Below, one piece after another: positions 23,955 through 37,020 of a stretch of DNA of 64,000 nucleotides (position 1 is its first letter; the number at the start of each line of letters is the position of its first letter). The position numbers and the translations under genes are program-made. The notes under the pieces are model-generated. The model ran no database searches, was not told the DNA's origin, and saw only the letters and a program-made list of their open reading frames with translations. Source of the DNA: Chiloscyllium plagiosum (lineage: Eukaryota); NCBI RefSeq assembly GCF_004010195.1, contig NC_057719.1:42807925-42871924 (forward strand), written 5' to 3'.

Positions 23955-24687
23955 ACAGTCTTTAATACCTGTGCTTCGTGGAATCGAGAGCAGAATATTA
24001 CGATCCGCATCATTGGGTTTGTGGGTGGAATGGAGCACATGAAATTCTAAGATGAACGTTTCTCTGGTCCATGACGTGTCCTTAATTTATGGGGGGCATG
24101 CAATGCCTATGGTCTCCAGTTGAGGTCATTAATGGCGTACTCAAAGCCATCTAGGGGCCGCTTTTGCCCAACCCTAGTTTTAAGGCTGGTGGGAGGAGGT
24201 CAGGGAAAGGGTGTAGCAAGAAAGGCACACCCAGTATGTCACACTTCAGTCCTCAGGTGGTAAAATGGGGGAGACTCACTCATATCTTTTCCACATCACA
24301 CCCCTCTCCCCACATCTTCCCATCCCCACAGTGTTTCCTATCCTCAGGCATCTCCATCAAGACCCCCAACTAAGGTTGCTTCCCCACCTCCCAGGGCCAC
24401 CAAGCCCGTTGTTGTTGTGAAAGCACCCAGCACCTATCTCTGGCCAGGTTGTGGAACTTGCATTCTTGGGGCCTTGTGTCATACCATCAGTGGTCACCAG
24501 ATTGGTCAACAGCTTTCTGCGGCAGGATTTCATTCTGAGTGAGGGGCAGAAGTATCAGGTCCAGTCAGTCAGAACTCCTCAGAGTGCTAAGTGGCAGTAG
24601 AGGAGCTGCGGTTGGCAGTGTTTTAACCTGACTCTCCTAGTGGCAAGGTGAGAATTTCCAACACCCATTCATATGTGCCCCAATGTT

Positions 24688-25557
24688 TTTTTTTATAGAT
24701 ATTTTTATTAGAAATTTAACATTTTTACAAGTTTACAAAAATAAACAAAACTCTCAAATATAAACATTGATATACAATTAAATCAAATATACAATAGCCA
24801 AAATTTAACAAAAAAAACANNNNNNNNNNNNNNNNNNNNNNNNNNNNNNNNNNNNNNNNNNNNNNNNNNNNNNNNNNNNNNNNNNNNNNNNNNNNNNNNN
24901 NNNNNNNNNNNNNNNNNNNNNNNNNNNNNNNNNNNNNNNNNNNNNNNNNNNNNNNNNNNNNNNNNNNNNNNNNNNNNNNNNNNNNNNNNNNNNNNNNNNN
25001 NNNNNNNNNNNNNNNNNNNNNNNNNNNNNNNNNNNNNNNNNNNNNNNNNNNNNNNNNNNNNNNNNNNNNNNNNNNNNNNNNNNNNNNNNNNNNNNNNNNN
25101 NNNNNNNNNNNNNNNNNNNNNNNNNNNNNNNNNNNNNNNNNNNNNNNNNNNNNNNNNNNNNNNNNNNNNNNNNNNNNNNNNNNNNNNNNNNNNNNNNNNN
25201 NNNNNNNNNNNNNNNNNNNNNNNNNNNNNNNNNNNNNNNNNNNNNNNNNNNNNNNNNNNNNNNNNNNNNNNNNNNNNNNNNNNNNNNNNNNNNNNNNNNN
25301 NNNNNNNNNNNNNNNNNNNCACATTGGAGTTGCTCCTGCCTTAAATTTTGCCAGTCGAACCGGTGCTATATGGGCCCTATGAAGTATCTTCAGCTGGATA
25401 GCCTGGGTTCTGTTACAGATAGTAATTCTTCTAGCGTTTTCCCAAATATCATTCCACGTTTCTATAGAGATTTCTAGTCCCAAATCCTGATCCCATGTTT
25501 TAAGCAGATTATCCATATCTCCTGATACTTCATCATGTAGTAAATGATAAATAGTAC
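24688..25557 (-). mobile_element. L1-clade LINE 3' end, 5'-truncated, spanning an N gap
   Basis: WDQDLG..TWNDIW..IQLKILHR (region preceding the zf-RVT zinc finger), AATAAA plus poly(A) on -. 13-bp TSD gtgccccaatgtt at 24675-24687 and 25558-25570. Confidence 0.85.
24820..25319. other. Assembly gap (500 N)
   Basis: Run of N. Confidence 1.
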
Positions 25558-25653
25558 GTGCCCCAATGTTAAAGTTGCTGTTGTTAGTACAGAACTGCAA
25601 CTTTATTGCTCAAATTTGTCTAATGTCATCTCCATGATCATCTTATTGTTCAT

Positions 25654-28270
25654 ATAGAGTCATAGAGTCATAGAAATGTACAGCATGGAAACAAACCCTT
25701 CGGTCCAACCCGTCCATGCCGACCAAATATCCCAACCCAATCTATGCCCACCTGCCAGCACCCGGCCCATATCCCTCCAAACCCTTCCTATTCACATACC
25801 CATCCAAATGCCTCTTAAATGTTGCAATTGTACCAGCCTCCACCACTTCCTCTGGCAGCTCATTGCATACACGTACCACCCTCTGTGTGAAACCTTTGCC
25901 CCTTAGGTCTCTTTTATATCTTTCCCCTCTATAAGGTCACCCCTCAGCCTCCGGCATTCCAGAGAAAACAGCCTCAGCCTCTCCCTATAGCTCAAATCCT
26001 CCAACCCTGGCAACATGCTTGTAAATCTTTTCTGAACCCTATCAAGTTTCACATCTTTTCAATAGGAAGGAGACCAGAATTGCACGCAATATTACAACAG
26101 TGGCCTAACCAATGTCCTGTACAGCCGCAACTTGACCTCCCAACTCCTGTACTCAATACCCTGAACAATAAAGGAAAGCATACCAAACGCCTTCTTCACT
26201 ATCCTATCTACCTGCGACTTCACTTTCAAGGAGCTATGAACCTGCACTCCAAGGTCTCTTTGTTCAGCAACACTCCCTAGGACCTTACCATTAAGTGTAT
26301 AAGTACTGCTAAGATTTGCTTTCCCAATATACAGCACCTCGCATTTATCTTAATTAAACTCCATCTGCCACTTCTCAGTCCATTGGCCCATCTGGTCAAG
26401 ATCCTGTTGTAATCTGAGGTAACCCTCTTTGCTGTCCACTACACTTCCAATTTTGGTGTCATCTGCAAACTTACTAACTGTACCTCTTATGCTCACATCC
26501 AAATCATTTATGTAAATGACAAAAAGTAGAGGACCCAGCACCGATCCTTGTGGCACTCCACTGGTCACAGACTTCCAGTCTGAAAAACAACCCTCTACCA
26601 CCACCCTCTGTCTTCTACCTTTGACCCAGTTCTGTATCCAAATGGCTAGTTCTGCCTGTATTCTGTGAGATCTAACCTTGCTAATCAGTCTCCCATTGGG
26701 AACCTTGTCGAACGCCTTACTGAAGTCCATATAGATCACATCTACCGCTCTGCCCTCATCAATCCTCTTTGTTACTTCTTCAAAAAACTCAATCAAGTTT
26801 GTGAAACATGATTTCCCACTCACAAAGCCACATTGACTATCTCTAATCAGTCCTTGTCTTTCCAAATACATGTACATCCTGTCTCTCAGAATTCTCTCCA
26901 ACAACTTGCCCATCAACAATGTCAGGCTCACTGGTCTATAATTCCCTGGCTTGTCCTTATCATCCTTTTTAAACAATGGCACCACGTTAGCCAACCTCCA
27001 GTCTTCCAGCACCTCACCTGTGACTATCGATGATACAAATATCTCAGCAAGAGGCCCAGCAATCACTCCCCTAGATTCTCACAGAGTTCTAGGGTACACC
27101 TCATCAGGTCCTGGAGATTTATCCACTTTTATGCATTTCAAGACATCCAGCACTTCTTCCTCTGTAATATGGACATTTTGCAAGGTGTCACCATCTGTTT
27201 CCCTACAGTCTATATCTACCATATCCTTTTCCACAGTAAATACTGATGCATAATACTCGTTTAGTATCTCCCCATTTTCTGCAGCTCCACACAAAGGCAG
27301 CCTTGTTTCGCTTTTGTCCTTAATGTATTTGTATAAACCCTTTGGATTCTCCTCAATTGTATTTGCCAAAGCTATCTCATGTCCACTTTTTGCCCTCCTG
27401 ATTTCCCTCTTAAGTATACTCCTACTTCCTTTATACTCTTCTAAGGATTCACTCAATCTATCCTGTCTATACCTTACATATGTTTCCTTCCTTTTCTTAA
27501 CCAAACCCTCAATTTCTTTAGTCATCCAGCATTCCCTATATCTACCAGCCTTTCCTTTCACCCTGACAGGAATATACTTTCTCTGGATTCTCGTTATCTC
27601 ACTTCTGAAGGCTTCCCATTTCCCAGCTGTCCCTTTACCTGCAATCATCTGCGCCCAATCAACTTTCGAAAGGTCTTGCCTAATACCATCAAAATTGGCC
27701 TTTCTCCAATTTAGAACTTCAACTTTTAGATCTGGTCTATCCTTTTCCATCACTATTTTAAAACTAATAGAATTGTGGTCGCTGGCCCCAAAGTGCTTCC
27801 CCACTCTCACCTCAATCACCTGCCCTGCCTTATTTCCCAAGAGTAGATCAAGTTTTGCACCTTCCCTAGTAGGTACATCCACATGGTGAATCAGAAAATT
27901 GTCTTGTACACACTTAACAAATTCCTCTCCTTCTAAACCCTTAAAACTATGGCAGTCCCAGTCGATGTTTGGAAAGTTAAAATCCCCTAACATAACCATC
28001 CTATTACTCTTAAAGATAGCTGAGACCTCCTTACAAGTTTGTTTCTCAATTTCCCTCTGGCTATTAGGAGGTCTATAATACAATCCCAATAAGGTGGTCA
28101 TCCCTTTCTTATTTCTCTGTTCTGCCCAAATAACTTCCCTGGATGTATTTCCAGGAATATCCTCCCTCAGCACAGCTGTAATACTATCCCTTCTCAAAAA
28201 CGCCACTCCCCCTCCTCTCTTGCCTCCCTTTCTATCCTTCCTGTAGCATTTGTATCCTTGAACATTTAAT
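25654..28270 (-). mobile_element. CR1 (HER1-like) LINE, most of ORF2 (endonuclease + RT), inactivated
   Basis: YYRPP, GDFNFP, SDHN, NYRPVSLT, GVPQGSVLGP and FADD motifs. (TCTATGAC)n tail. In-frame stops and internal deletions. Confidence 0.95.
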
Positions 28271-28511
28271 CTATATTCAAACATTATCATCCCCACAGCC
28301 AGCCCTGTCACTCCTAATTTTTTTTTCTTTTTGTATCCACAACTGAATGTTTTTTTCCCATCACCAAATCACCCATCCTTTTTTTCACCTTCTCACCATC
28401 ACCAATTGGGTAACTTACATGTAAAACCCATTCAAGGCAATGCAGGCCAGCAAAGATGAGGGAGAGTTAGGGAAAGGGGGAGGGGGATGGCAGGGGGACC
28501 CCAATTCTTTT

Positions 28512-29070
28512 TGATTTTCTAATCTACCTGTTCAATGATGTGATTACACACCTCTGCAACAGTTGGGACTTGAACCTGGACCTCCTGACTCAGAGAGTAG
28601 GACACTACCACAGCACCACAAGAGCACCTTTCCAGCCAATGTTTCTAATTGACCTATCCAAAAGTGCTGTTGCCCGCCTCTGGAACAGGGTGGGATTTGA
28701 ACCTGGATCTTCTGAACCAGAGGCAGGGACACAACCACTGGACAACTTCCCACCCACTTTTATTAAAATCACATAGATTTTGTACCAGGTCCTCCGGTGC
28801 TGTTTTATGGCGAATGTAGACATTTTTTAATCAATGTGTTCTGACACATCCCTGGAGAAGGTGGGACTTGAACCCAGGCTTCCCAGTTCAAATTTAGGGA
28901 CACTACCACAGTGCCACAAGTGCCCTCTCCCATCCACTTTTTTTGCACAACTGAGTGACTTTCCCACCACCAAAACCACCGTGTTTTGTTTTGCATTTTT
29001 TTACCATCACCAGTAAAAATCCCACCCACTCTTTTGTAAACTATTTTCTAATCAACCTGTACAGTGATGC
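28512..29070 (-). repeat. Tandem array of three full and one partial short tRNA-like (SINE head) units
   Basis: Repeated gtggt..gtggtagtgtccct...ggttcaa(g/a)tccca..ctg..ccagagg...acaggt(t/a)gattagaaaa on -. Confidence 0.65.
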
Positions 29071-29378
29071 AATGCATTTTGCCTGACGATTTGATTGAAA
29101 ATGATTGAAAATGAAACATGAGCACAGATGAGCTTAATTGTCAGTCAAGGTGGAAGTTTGAAATTGGATTCTTTTTTTTGAAATGGTGAAATTTTCAGTC
29201 GTCCATTTCACTGCCATCACATGGTAGAAAACATGGAAATTTTCAGCTCACAAAACAGATTCTACTACTCATTGCTTTCATATTTGTACGTGTGCATTTA
29301 CCGATTATGGACAGTTCTGGGTTTCTTCAAAATGTAAATACCATTTTAAATGATTAAATAATCCTTCTTGGCTTCCAG

Positions 29379-29584
29379 GTACTTCGAATTGGTCTTATGA
29401 TTACTTCAATTCTACAACAGGAGTTGGTCTGCTTATTAATCAGACTTCAGGAGAAGCTGGTGATACAGCTCATCATCAGCTAAAGAATCTGTTTCAAAGA
29501 GATTGGAATTCCAACTATTCTGTCACCTTGGATGATTTGAAAGATTATTCTGACTTTTCATTTAAAATGAATGGGCTAAAATGA
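29379..29584 (+). CDS. PLD4: PLD4 terminal coding exon
   Basis: ttccAG acceptor, phase 1. Translates (G)TSNWSYDYFNSTTGVGLLINQTSGEAGDTAHHQLKNLFQRDWNSNYSVTLDDLKDYSDFSFKMNGLK, then TGA at 29582-29584. Confidence 0.95.
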
Positions 29585-29897
29585 TGCCTTTAGGGAATCT
29601 TAATCTCACATTCACACTTATAATTGCATCTGGAAGGATTTTGTCAAAAGTTAAATAAGGAAAGCAGATTAAAGTAAGCCACTATATTATTGAAAATGAG
29701 CTATCACTGGCAGGTATATTTTGAAATAACTTCTAGCACTATGATTAAAGACAAACTGTGCTGTTAATGTAATTTTGAATTTCAGTTGGTACAAACATTG
29801 TGAATTAAGATTAATTACCTGAATTATTGCATTTCTTTATGTTCTCACTGATGGGATGTTGTGAGTGAAACAATGAGTCAGACAACCTAAGGTTATT

Positions 29898-30045
29898 GAA
29901 ACAAAAACAGAAAGTGTGCAGAGATTCAGCACATCTGGCAGCATCTGAAAATCAGTTAACATTTCTCTGTTTATCGATGCTGCCAGACCTGCTGAGTTTC
30001 TCAAGAATTTCTGTTTTTGTTTCAGATCTCCAATGACTACAGTTC
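29898..30045. mobile_element. Palindromic PLE family B mini-element
   Basis: aaacaaaaacagaaa..cagcacatctggcagcatc is inverted to gatgctgccagacctgctga..tttctgtttttgttt. Confidence 0.75.
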
Positions 30046-31086
30046 TTTATATTATTCACGCACCAGCTATAATGTTGCAGCAAATCAATCCCCATTTCAT
30101 TGTGAAGCTTGAAAATGTTGTATAAACAGAAACTAACAATCCTAGCCTTAGATCAACAACCCAGACCTTCAATCCCCAGCAACTATATTTGAAACCTTGA
30201 CTGAATGTCATCCTCAGCAGTTCAAGTTCAGGAAAAAACATGGGGAGAACTTGAAACATTATCATGTCATAAAATAGTGATCTGATCATCTGGCTAAGCT
30301 CCTTTCGCTGCTGTTGAAAGGATAATCATGAATACTGCGTTTGGCCCAATTAAGTGTCAAGTAATTTTCCTTCACTATTGACCATCACTTTACACATTCC
30401 ATATCTCTGGTGAATGCATTCTGCGCTTTGTAATGGCAGAACGTGAGTTTACTAAATTTGTTGTTTCTAGCAGTTCCACTGTAAAATGCACCAAATTTGG
30501 GTTAGATCCATCAGTATGGATCAACTCTCCAAATTCTATGAAGTCAAGACTGATTCACTCTCAGTTTATCCAGTGCAGTGTGAATGAAAAGAATGTGTCC
30601 AGTATAATCTTGTCCAATGCAATGATCCACCCAGTAAGCTCATATTCAATTATCTTGTTTTTTTTTAGGAAAAGCAAAATTATTTCTAGTTTGAAGTGAA
30701 ACCAATCTTCATAAGGTTGGTGGTACAGAACAGCAGCCTAATCACTAGTAAAGCCCTCTATTTAATGAATCGTGTAAGCTATGTGATTTGTAATTTTTTA
30801 AAAGGTTGATCATAAGCACAATCATATCAACTAATGACATCAGTAGTCCGACCCTCACTATCCCCGATAGAAAAACTGGTCAATCATTTCATTTACTGTT
30901 TATGTGGGGCCTCTGTGTGCAAAGTTAGCTAACCTATTTACTTACATAATAATAATGGTAATTCTAACATAATTGCTGTGACATTTAAGATGTCCTAAGA
31001 AAAGGATAAGGCTCTGTATAAATGCAAGTTATTCCCTTCTCTAAGATATGTAAGTTTTGTAGGTTTGGGGACATTCAATATATTGC

Positions 31087-31092
31087 AATAAA
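31087..31092 (+). promoter_or_regulatory. Candidate PLD4 polyadenylation signal (AATAAA)
   Basis: First clear AATAAA seen downstream of the stop. ATTAAA variants occur nearer (~29668, ~29744). No transcript data. Confidence 0.3.
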
Positions 31093-31257
31093 CAGCATAT
31101 ATTGGCCCCTACATATTTAGCAATATATAGAGTATATATGTAAATTGTATAAAGCCTATTAGCCGGTTCTGTGTTTGGAATCATTTATTTTTAGAATGTG
31201 ACACTATTCTCTATACTGTGCCATTCATGTTATCAGTTTTGGAATCAGCTTCAGCTC

Positions 31258-31460
31258 AATCAGAGAGTGGTAAGGGTGTGGAATGCACTACCTGCTAAGG
31301 TCGTCACCTCAGCCACATTAGGGAGATTTAAACAATCCTTAGATAAGCACATGGGTGATTTTGGGATAGTGTAGGGGGACTAGCTGAGAATAGTTCACAG
31401 GTTGGTGCAACATTGAGGGCCGAAGGGCCTGTGCTGTGCTGTATTGTTCTATGTTCTATG
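31258..31460 (+). mobile_element. Short CR1 3' end
   Basis: QRVVRVWNALP, gggccgaagggcctgt and ttctatgttctatg tail. Confidence 0.8.
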
Positions 31461-31959
31461 TCTCACAATGTATCCTTGTGTTTTCATAGCTTTAACAGTA
31501 GCTTCATATTCAATTGATAATCCACTAAATTGTCTTCAGCAAAATGTGGACATAAAAGAGATTGGAAGTTTGCCCAATATCCTGGTTAGCCTTCATCCAT
31601 TGATCCCCTAATACTGCTAAAAAAATCTATTCAATGCTTTCCAAACTAATTCTAGGTGCGACCCAGACTTCTGGGGGAAGATCTGTGGGGAGGGTGGTTC
31701 AGTTTTTGTCTGGAGGAAAGTAGGGCTTTGAGGGAGTGGGAAGTTGAGCATTTCCTACCTCCCCACTCTTTCACCACCATGTTACCCCCCTCCTTTACCA
31801 CGTATCTCCCTACACCATCAACCCACAATTTCTTTCTAGATCTTTCCCCCTCCAGGCCCCCATCAGAACAATGTGTGGAATCTGGAGGGTCAGGGAGAGC
31901 ATTGTAGTATTGGAGGAAGAGGATACATTGGAGGGTTCAAACGACCTTAGCTAAAGAAC

Positions 31960-34135
31960 AAAAAGGATGCAATCATGTAGCTTGGTGTAGTTACAATTGG
32001 GATTTTTAATAATCAAAATAGACTGGGCTAATAGTAGTGTTAAGGGCAAAAAGGGGCGAATGTTTTTAGATTTTGTTCAGAACTATTGTTGACAGCAGAG
32101 TGTGTCGTGTACAATAAGAAAGGAGGCACTAATAGACCTGGTTCTATCAGTGACTGAGTTTGGCAAAGTAGAGCAAGTGTCACTAGGAGATCATTTAAGG
32201 GACAGTGATCATTGTTTTATGAGGTTTAGAATTATGATGGAAAAGTGAAAAGGACAATCCAAAGTAAGAATAATTACCTGAAGGAGAGCTGACTTCAATG
32301 GGGTAAAAAGGAGTTGGGTCAGACAGACTCAAGCTGAGAGTTGACAGAAAATGCTATGAATTGGCTACCTTCAAAGAAGAAATGGTTTAGATAGAGTCAA
32401 GTTATATTGCCCCAAAAAGGCAAAGGAAGGGCAAACAAATTCTGAGCTCCTTGAATCGAAAGGAGAGAGAAAGGAAGGCATAAGAAGAAAAAATGTACTT
32501 CTGGCAGATGTCAGGCACAAAATAGAATTGAGAATCAAACTGAATACAAAATGTTCAGACAGAAAAATTAAATAAGAAAGGCAAAGAGGGATGATGAAAA
32601 AAGACTAGCAGCAAACACAAAGGAAATGCCAACATTTTCTGTGAGCACTCAAATAGTAAAATGTTTTAAGAGGAGAGCTAGGGTTAATTTGAGACTATAA
32701 AGGAGTATGGCTGAGGTATTAAATTAATATTTTCCATCTGCCTTTATGAAAGAAGTAGATGTTACACAACATATAATGACAAAGGAGGAAAGTCAGAAAC
32801 CACGTAGGTGCAAATTGATAAGGAAGAAACAATAAATAAGCTGTTGGTACTTCAGGTAGACAAAGTACAGGTGCACAATCCTTTATCCTAATTGATCAGA
32901 ACCAGCTGGTTTTCAGAATTCAGAATTTTTTGAATTTCAGAATAAGTGACAGTTTGATGGTGAAATTTTAAAAATCTTACCAAACAGCAGGTGCACTGTG
33001 AGTGAAACAGAATTGAGGCCTGTCAATGCTGGGCCACAACCCCACACATCACATCTGAGTGATATGCATTGAGTGGGTGTCGACTTAGGTTAACTGTTTG
33101 CATGCCAAACAACCTTGTTAATTAGAAAAAAACTTCATGAGAAAGCCTTTGGATTTCGGAGCTTTTCAGAGTTCAGGGTTTCAGATAAAGGAATGTCTAC
33201 CTGTACGTGGACTAAATGTGATGTACATTAAAGAAAATGAGACTTGAAATTTCATAATCTTTCAGTCTTACTTGGACTTGAGATGTTGCTGGAGGATTGG
33301 AGAATTGCAACCATTATGTTATTGCATAAACACGACAAAGATCAGACCAGGAATTACAGAGCAGTCAATTACCCTTCAGAATCATAATTTGAGAGAGAAA
33401 TGATTTTCATGTGGACAAATACGGAATCATTATGGATGGCCAACATAGATTGCTAAAAGGAAAATGTTTAATTCTTAATGTTTATTTAACCTGTTTAGAT
33501 TATTTGAAGAGGTATGCATGGATATATGAAGGGTGTTCAATACAGGACCACACAACAGACGTATGAGCAAAATTATAGCTCGTGGAATAAAAGAGACAGT
33601 AACAATATTGATACAAGATTGGCTGTATGATAAAAAGTAGAGAGTAATGGTTAATGGATTCTTTTTTCAGACTTGAGGAAGGTTTGCAGAGGAGTTCCCC
33701 AGATGTTGATATTTTGACCCTTGCTTCCCTGACTATATTAATGATCTAGATTTTGAGGTGGAGGGGATAATTTCAAAGTTTAGAGATGATAACAACTTGG
33801 GAGCATTGTAATCTGTGAGGAGGACAGTGCCAATTTACAAAAGGATGTTGTCGAATTGGTGGAGTGTGTAGATGCATGGTCGATGAGGGGAAGTGACAGG
33901 TGATATATTTTGGTAGAACGAACATGGGAAGAAAGTATAAAATAAAGGGTGCCACTGTAAATGATGTGCAACGATCTGGGTCAATATGTGCATAAGTCAC
34001 TAAAGATGGCAGGAAAGATGGAGGGAGCTGTTTATAAGGTATTTGAATCCTTGGTCTTATCACTATGGATAAAAAGTACAAGAGCAGGAGGTGATACGGA
34101 ACCTATATCAGACACTAGTTAGCTCAGTTAGAGCT
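31960..34135 (+). mobile_element. Old, highly decayed CR1 ORF2
   Basis: Relict LIDLVL, DSDH, EDWRIATI, NYRAV, RGVPQ and KFRDD motifs in the expected order. Confidence 0.7.
32868..33203. mobile_element. Tigger/pogo-like MITE with TA TSD
   Basis: TA-caggtgcacaatcctttatc ... gataaaggaatgtctacctg-TA. Confidence 0.8.
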
Positions 34136-34164
34136 TGTGTATAGTTCAGAGAGCTATAATTCCA

Positions 34165-36630
34165 AAGGATCTGAACAGACACTTCATTGGGAGTTTTCTA
34201 TAGACCCCTCAGTAGCAACAGAGACACGGAGGAGCAGGTTGGAAGGCAGATTTTGGAAAGGTGCAAAAGTAAAAGGGTTGTTGTCATGGGTGACTTCAAC
34301 TTCCCTAATATTGATTGGAACCTCCTTCATGCAAATAGTTTGGATGGAGAAGATTTTGTCAGGTGTGTCCAGGAAGGATTCCTGACTCAATATGTAGATA
34401 GGCCGACTACAGCTGATTGGTTTTAGTGCTTCACAACAGGTGTCAGATCTCTCCCTGAAAGAGCATTTTGGTGATAATGATCAAAATTCCCTGACCTTTA
34501 CTCTAGTCATGGAGAGAGATAGGAGCAGACAGTATGGCAAAGTACTTAATTTGGGGAGGGGGAATTACACTGCTATTAGGAGGGAACTGTGGAGCATAAA
34601 TTGGGAACAGATATTCTCAGGGAAATGCACAAAAATGTGGAGCATTTGCTGCGAGTGCTGGATAGGTTTGTCCCACTGTGGTAATGAAGGCATGGTAGAG
34701 CGAAGGGACCTTGAGTGGCAAGGGATGTGGAATACCTAGTCAAGAGGAAGAAAGAAGCTTACTTAACATTGAGGAAGCAAAGATCAGACAGGGCTCTAGA
34801 AGTTACAAGGTGGCCAGGAAGGAACTGAAGGATGGACTTAGGAGAGCTAGAAGGGTGCATGAAAAGGTCTTGACGAATAGGATTAAGGAAAATCCCAAAG
34901 TGTTCTACACTTATTTGAGGAACAAGAGGATGGGCAGAGTGAGGGTAGGGCTTAACAGGGATAGTGGAGGAAACTTGTGCCGAGAGTTGGAGGAGGCAGG
35001 AGAGTCCTTAATGAATACTTTGCTTCAGTATTCACTTGTGAGAGGAACCTTCCCATTTGTGAGGACAGCGCAAAACAGACTGATATGCTCAAACTTGACG
35101 TTAAGAAGGAGGATGTGCTGGAAATTTTGGAAAACATGAGGATAGATAAGTCCCCTGGGCCAGATGTGATATACACTAGGTTTCTACAGAATGTTAGGGA
35201 AGAGATTGCTGCGCATGTGGCGATGATCTTTGCATCCTCACTGTCCACTGGAGTAGTACCAGATGATTGGAGGATTGAAAATGTTATTCCCTTGTTCAAG
35301 ATAATTCTGGAAATTACAGACCCATCAGTCTTTCGTCAGTAGTGGGCAAATTATTGGAGAGGATTCTGAGAGACTGGATTTATGATAATTTGGAAAAACA
35401 TAGTTTGATTAGAAATAGTCGGCATGGCTTTGTGAGGGGTAGGTCATGCTTTACAAGGCTTAGTGAATTCTTTGAGGATGTGAAAATAGAGCAGTGGATG
35501 TGGTGCAAATGAATTTTAGCAAGTTTGATAAGGTACCCCATGGTAGGCTCATTCAGAAATTAAGGAGGCAAGGGATACAGGGAAATTTGACTGTCTGGAT
35601 ACAGAATTGGCTAGCCCATAGAAGATAAAGTATTCAGCCTGGAGCTCAGAGACCAGTGGTGTTTCGCACAGATCTGTTCTGGGACCTTTGCTCTTTGCGA
35701 TTTTTATAAATGACTTGGATGACAAAGTGGAAAGTTGGGTTAATAAGTTTGCCAATGACATGAAGTTCTGTGGAGTTGTGGGTAGTGCTGTTGTAGGATG
35801 CAACAGGATATTAACAGAGTGCAGAGCTGGGCTGATAAGTGACAGATAGAGTTCAACCTGGAAAGGTGTGGAGTGAATTATTTTGGGAGGTCAAATTTAA
35901 ATGCAGATTACAGGGTTAAAGGCAGCATTCTTGGCCGTGTGGAGGAACAGAGGGATCTTGGGATCCACATCCATAGATTCCTGAAAGTTGCCACCCAAGT
36001 TGATAGGATTTTTAAGAAGACATACGGTCTGTTGGCTTTCATTAGTGTGGCATTGAGCTTAAGAGCTGTGAGGTTATTCTGCAGCTCTATAGAGCCCTGG
36101 TTAGACCACACTTGGAATATTGTGTTCAGTTCTGGTCGTCTCATTATAGAAAGGATGTGGAAGTGTAGAGGAGATTTACCAGAATGCTGCCTGGACTGGA
36201 GGGCATGTCTTATGAAGAAAGGTTGAGGGAGCAAGGATTTTTCTCATTGGAGCAAAGAAGATGAGAGGTGACTTGACAGAGGAGTACAAAATGATGGGAG
36301 ACATAGATAGAATGGATAGCTAGAGATTTTTCCTAAGTTGGAAATGGCTATCATAAGGGTACATAATTTTAAGGTGATTGGAGGAAGGTTTAGGGGAGAT
36401 GTCAGAGGTAGGTCCTTTACACAGAGAGTGGTTGGTACGTGGAATGCACTGCCAGCCGTGATTGGAGAATCATATACATTAGGGACATTTAAGTGACTCT
36501 TGGATAGGCACATGAGTAATAGTAATATTTAGAGTATATAGGTTAGTTTGATCTGAGAGTACCATGCAAGATTGGTACAACATCGAGTGCCAAAGGGCCT
36601 CTACTGTGATGTACTGTTGTATGTTCTATG
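34165..36630 (+). mobile_element. CR1 LINE ORF2 (EN + RT), decayed
   Basis: [50 protein letters not shown] and a gttctatg tail. Confidence 0.92.
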
Positions 36631-37020
36631 TAATTTGGAGAGAATGCAGGAGCGGTTTACAAAAATGGATGACCTGGTAGAAGTGTATAAAATAATGAGA
36701 AGTATAGATACAGTTAATGGTAGTTATCTTTTCGCTGGGATGGGGAATTTCCAGACTAGGGGATACAATTTTAAGGTGAGAAGAGAGAGATTTAAAAAAG
36801 ACATGAGAGGCAATTTTTTTACACAGAGCGCGGTTCGCATGTGGAATGAACTTCCTGTGGAAGGGGTGAATATGTGTACATTACTATGTTTAAAAGACAT
36901 TTGGTTGGGTAGATGAATAGGAAAGGTTTGGAGGCATATGGGCCAGTAGCAGGCAGGTAGAACTAGTTCAATTTGGGATTATGTTCGGCATAAATATGTT
37001 GATGGGTTGATTTCTTTCCT
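36631..37020 (+). mobile_element. CR1 3' fragment
   Basis: DLVEVYKIMRSID..RGNFFTQSAVRMWNELP. Confidence 0.85.

Noticed and set aside
24725..25600. Long ORFs crossing N runs (also 47436-48146 and 63092-63937)
   Set aside because: Their length is an artefact of translating gaps.
28512..29070. CRISPR-like array or true tRNA gene cluster
   Set aside because: Eukaryotic context, long degenerate units, irregular spacers, no cas genes and no convincing complete cloverleaf.
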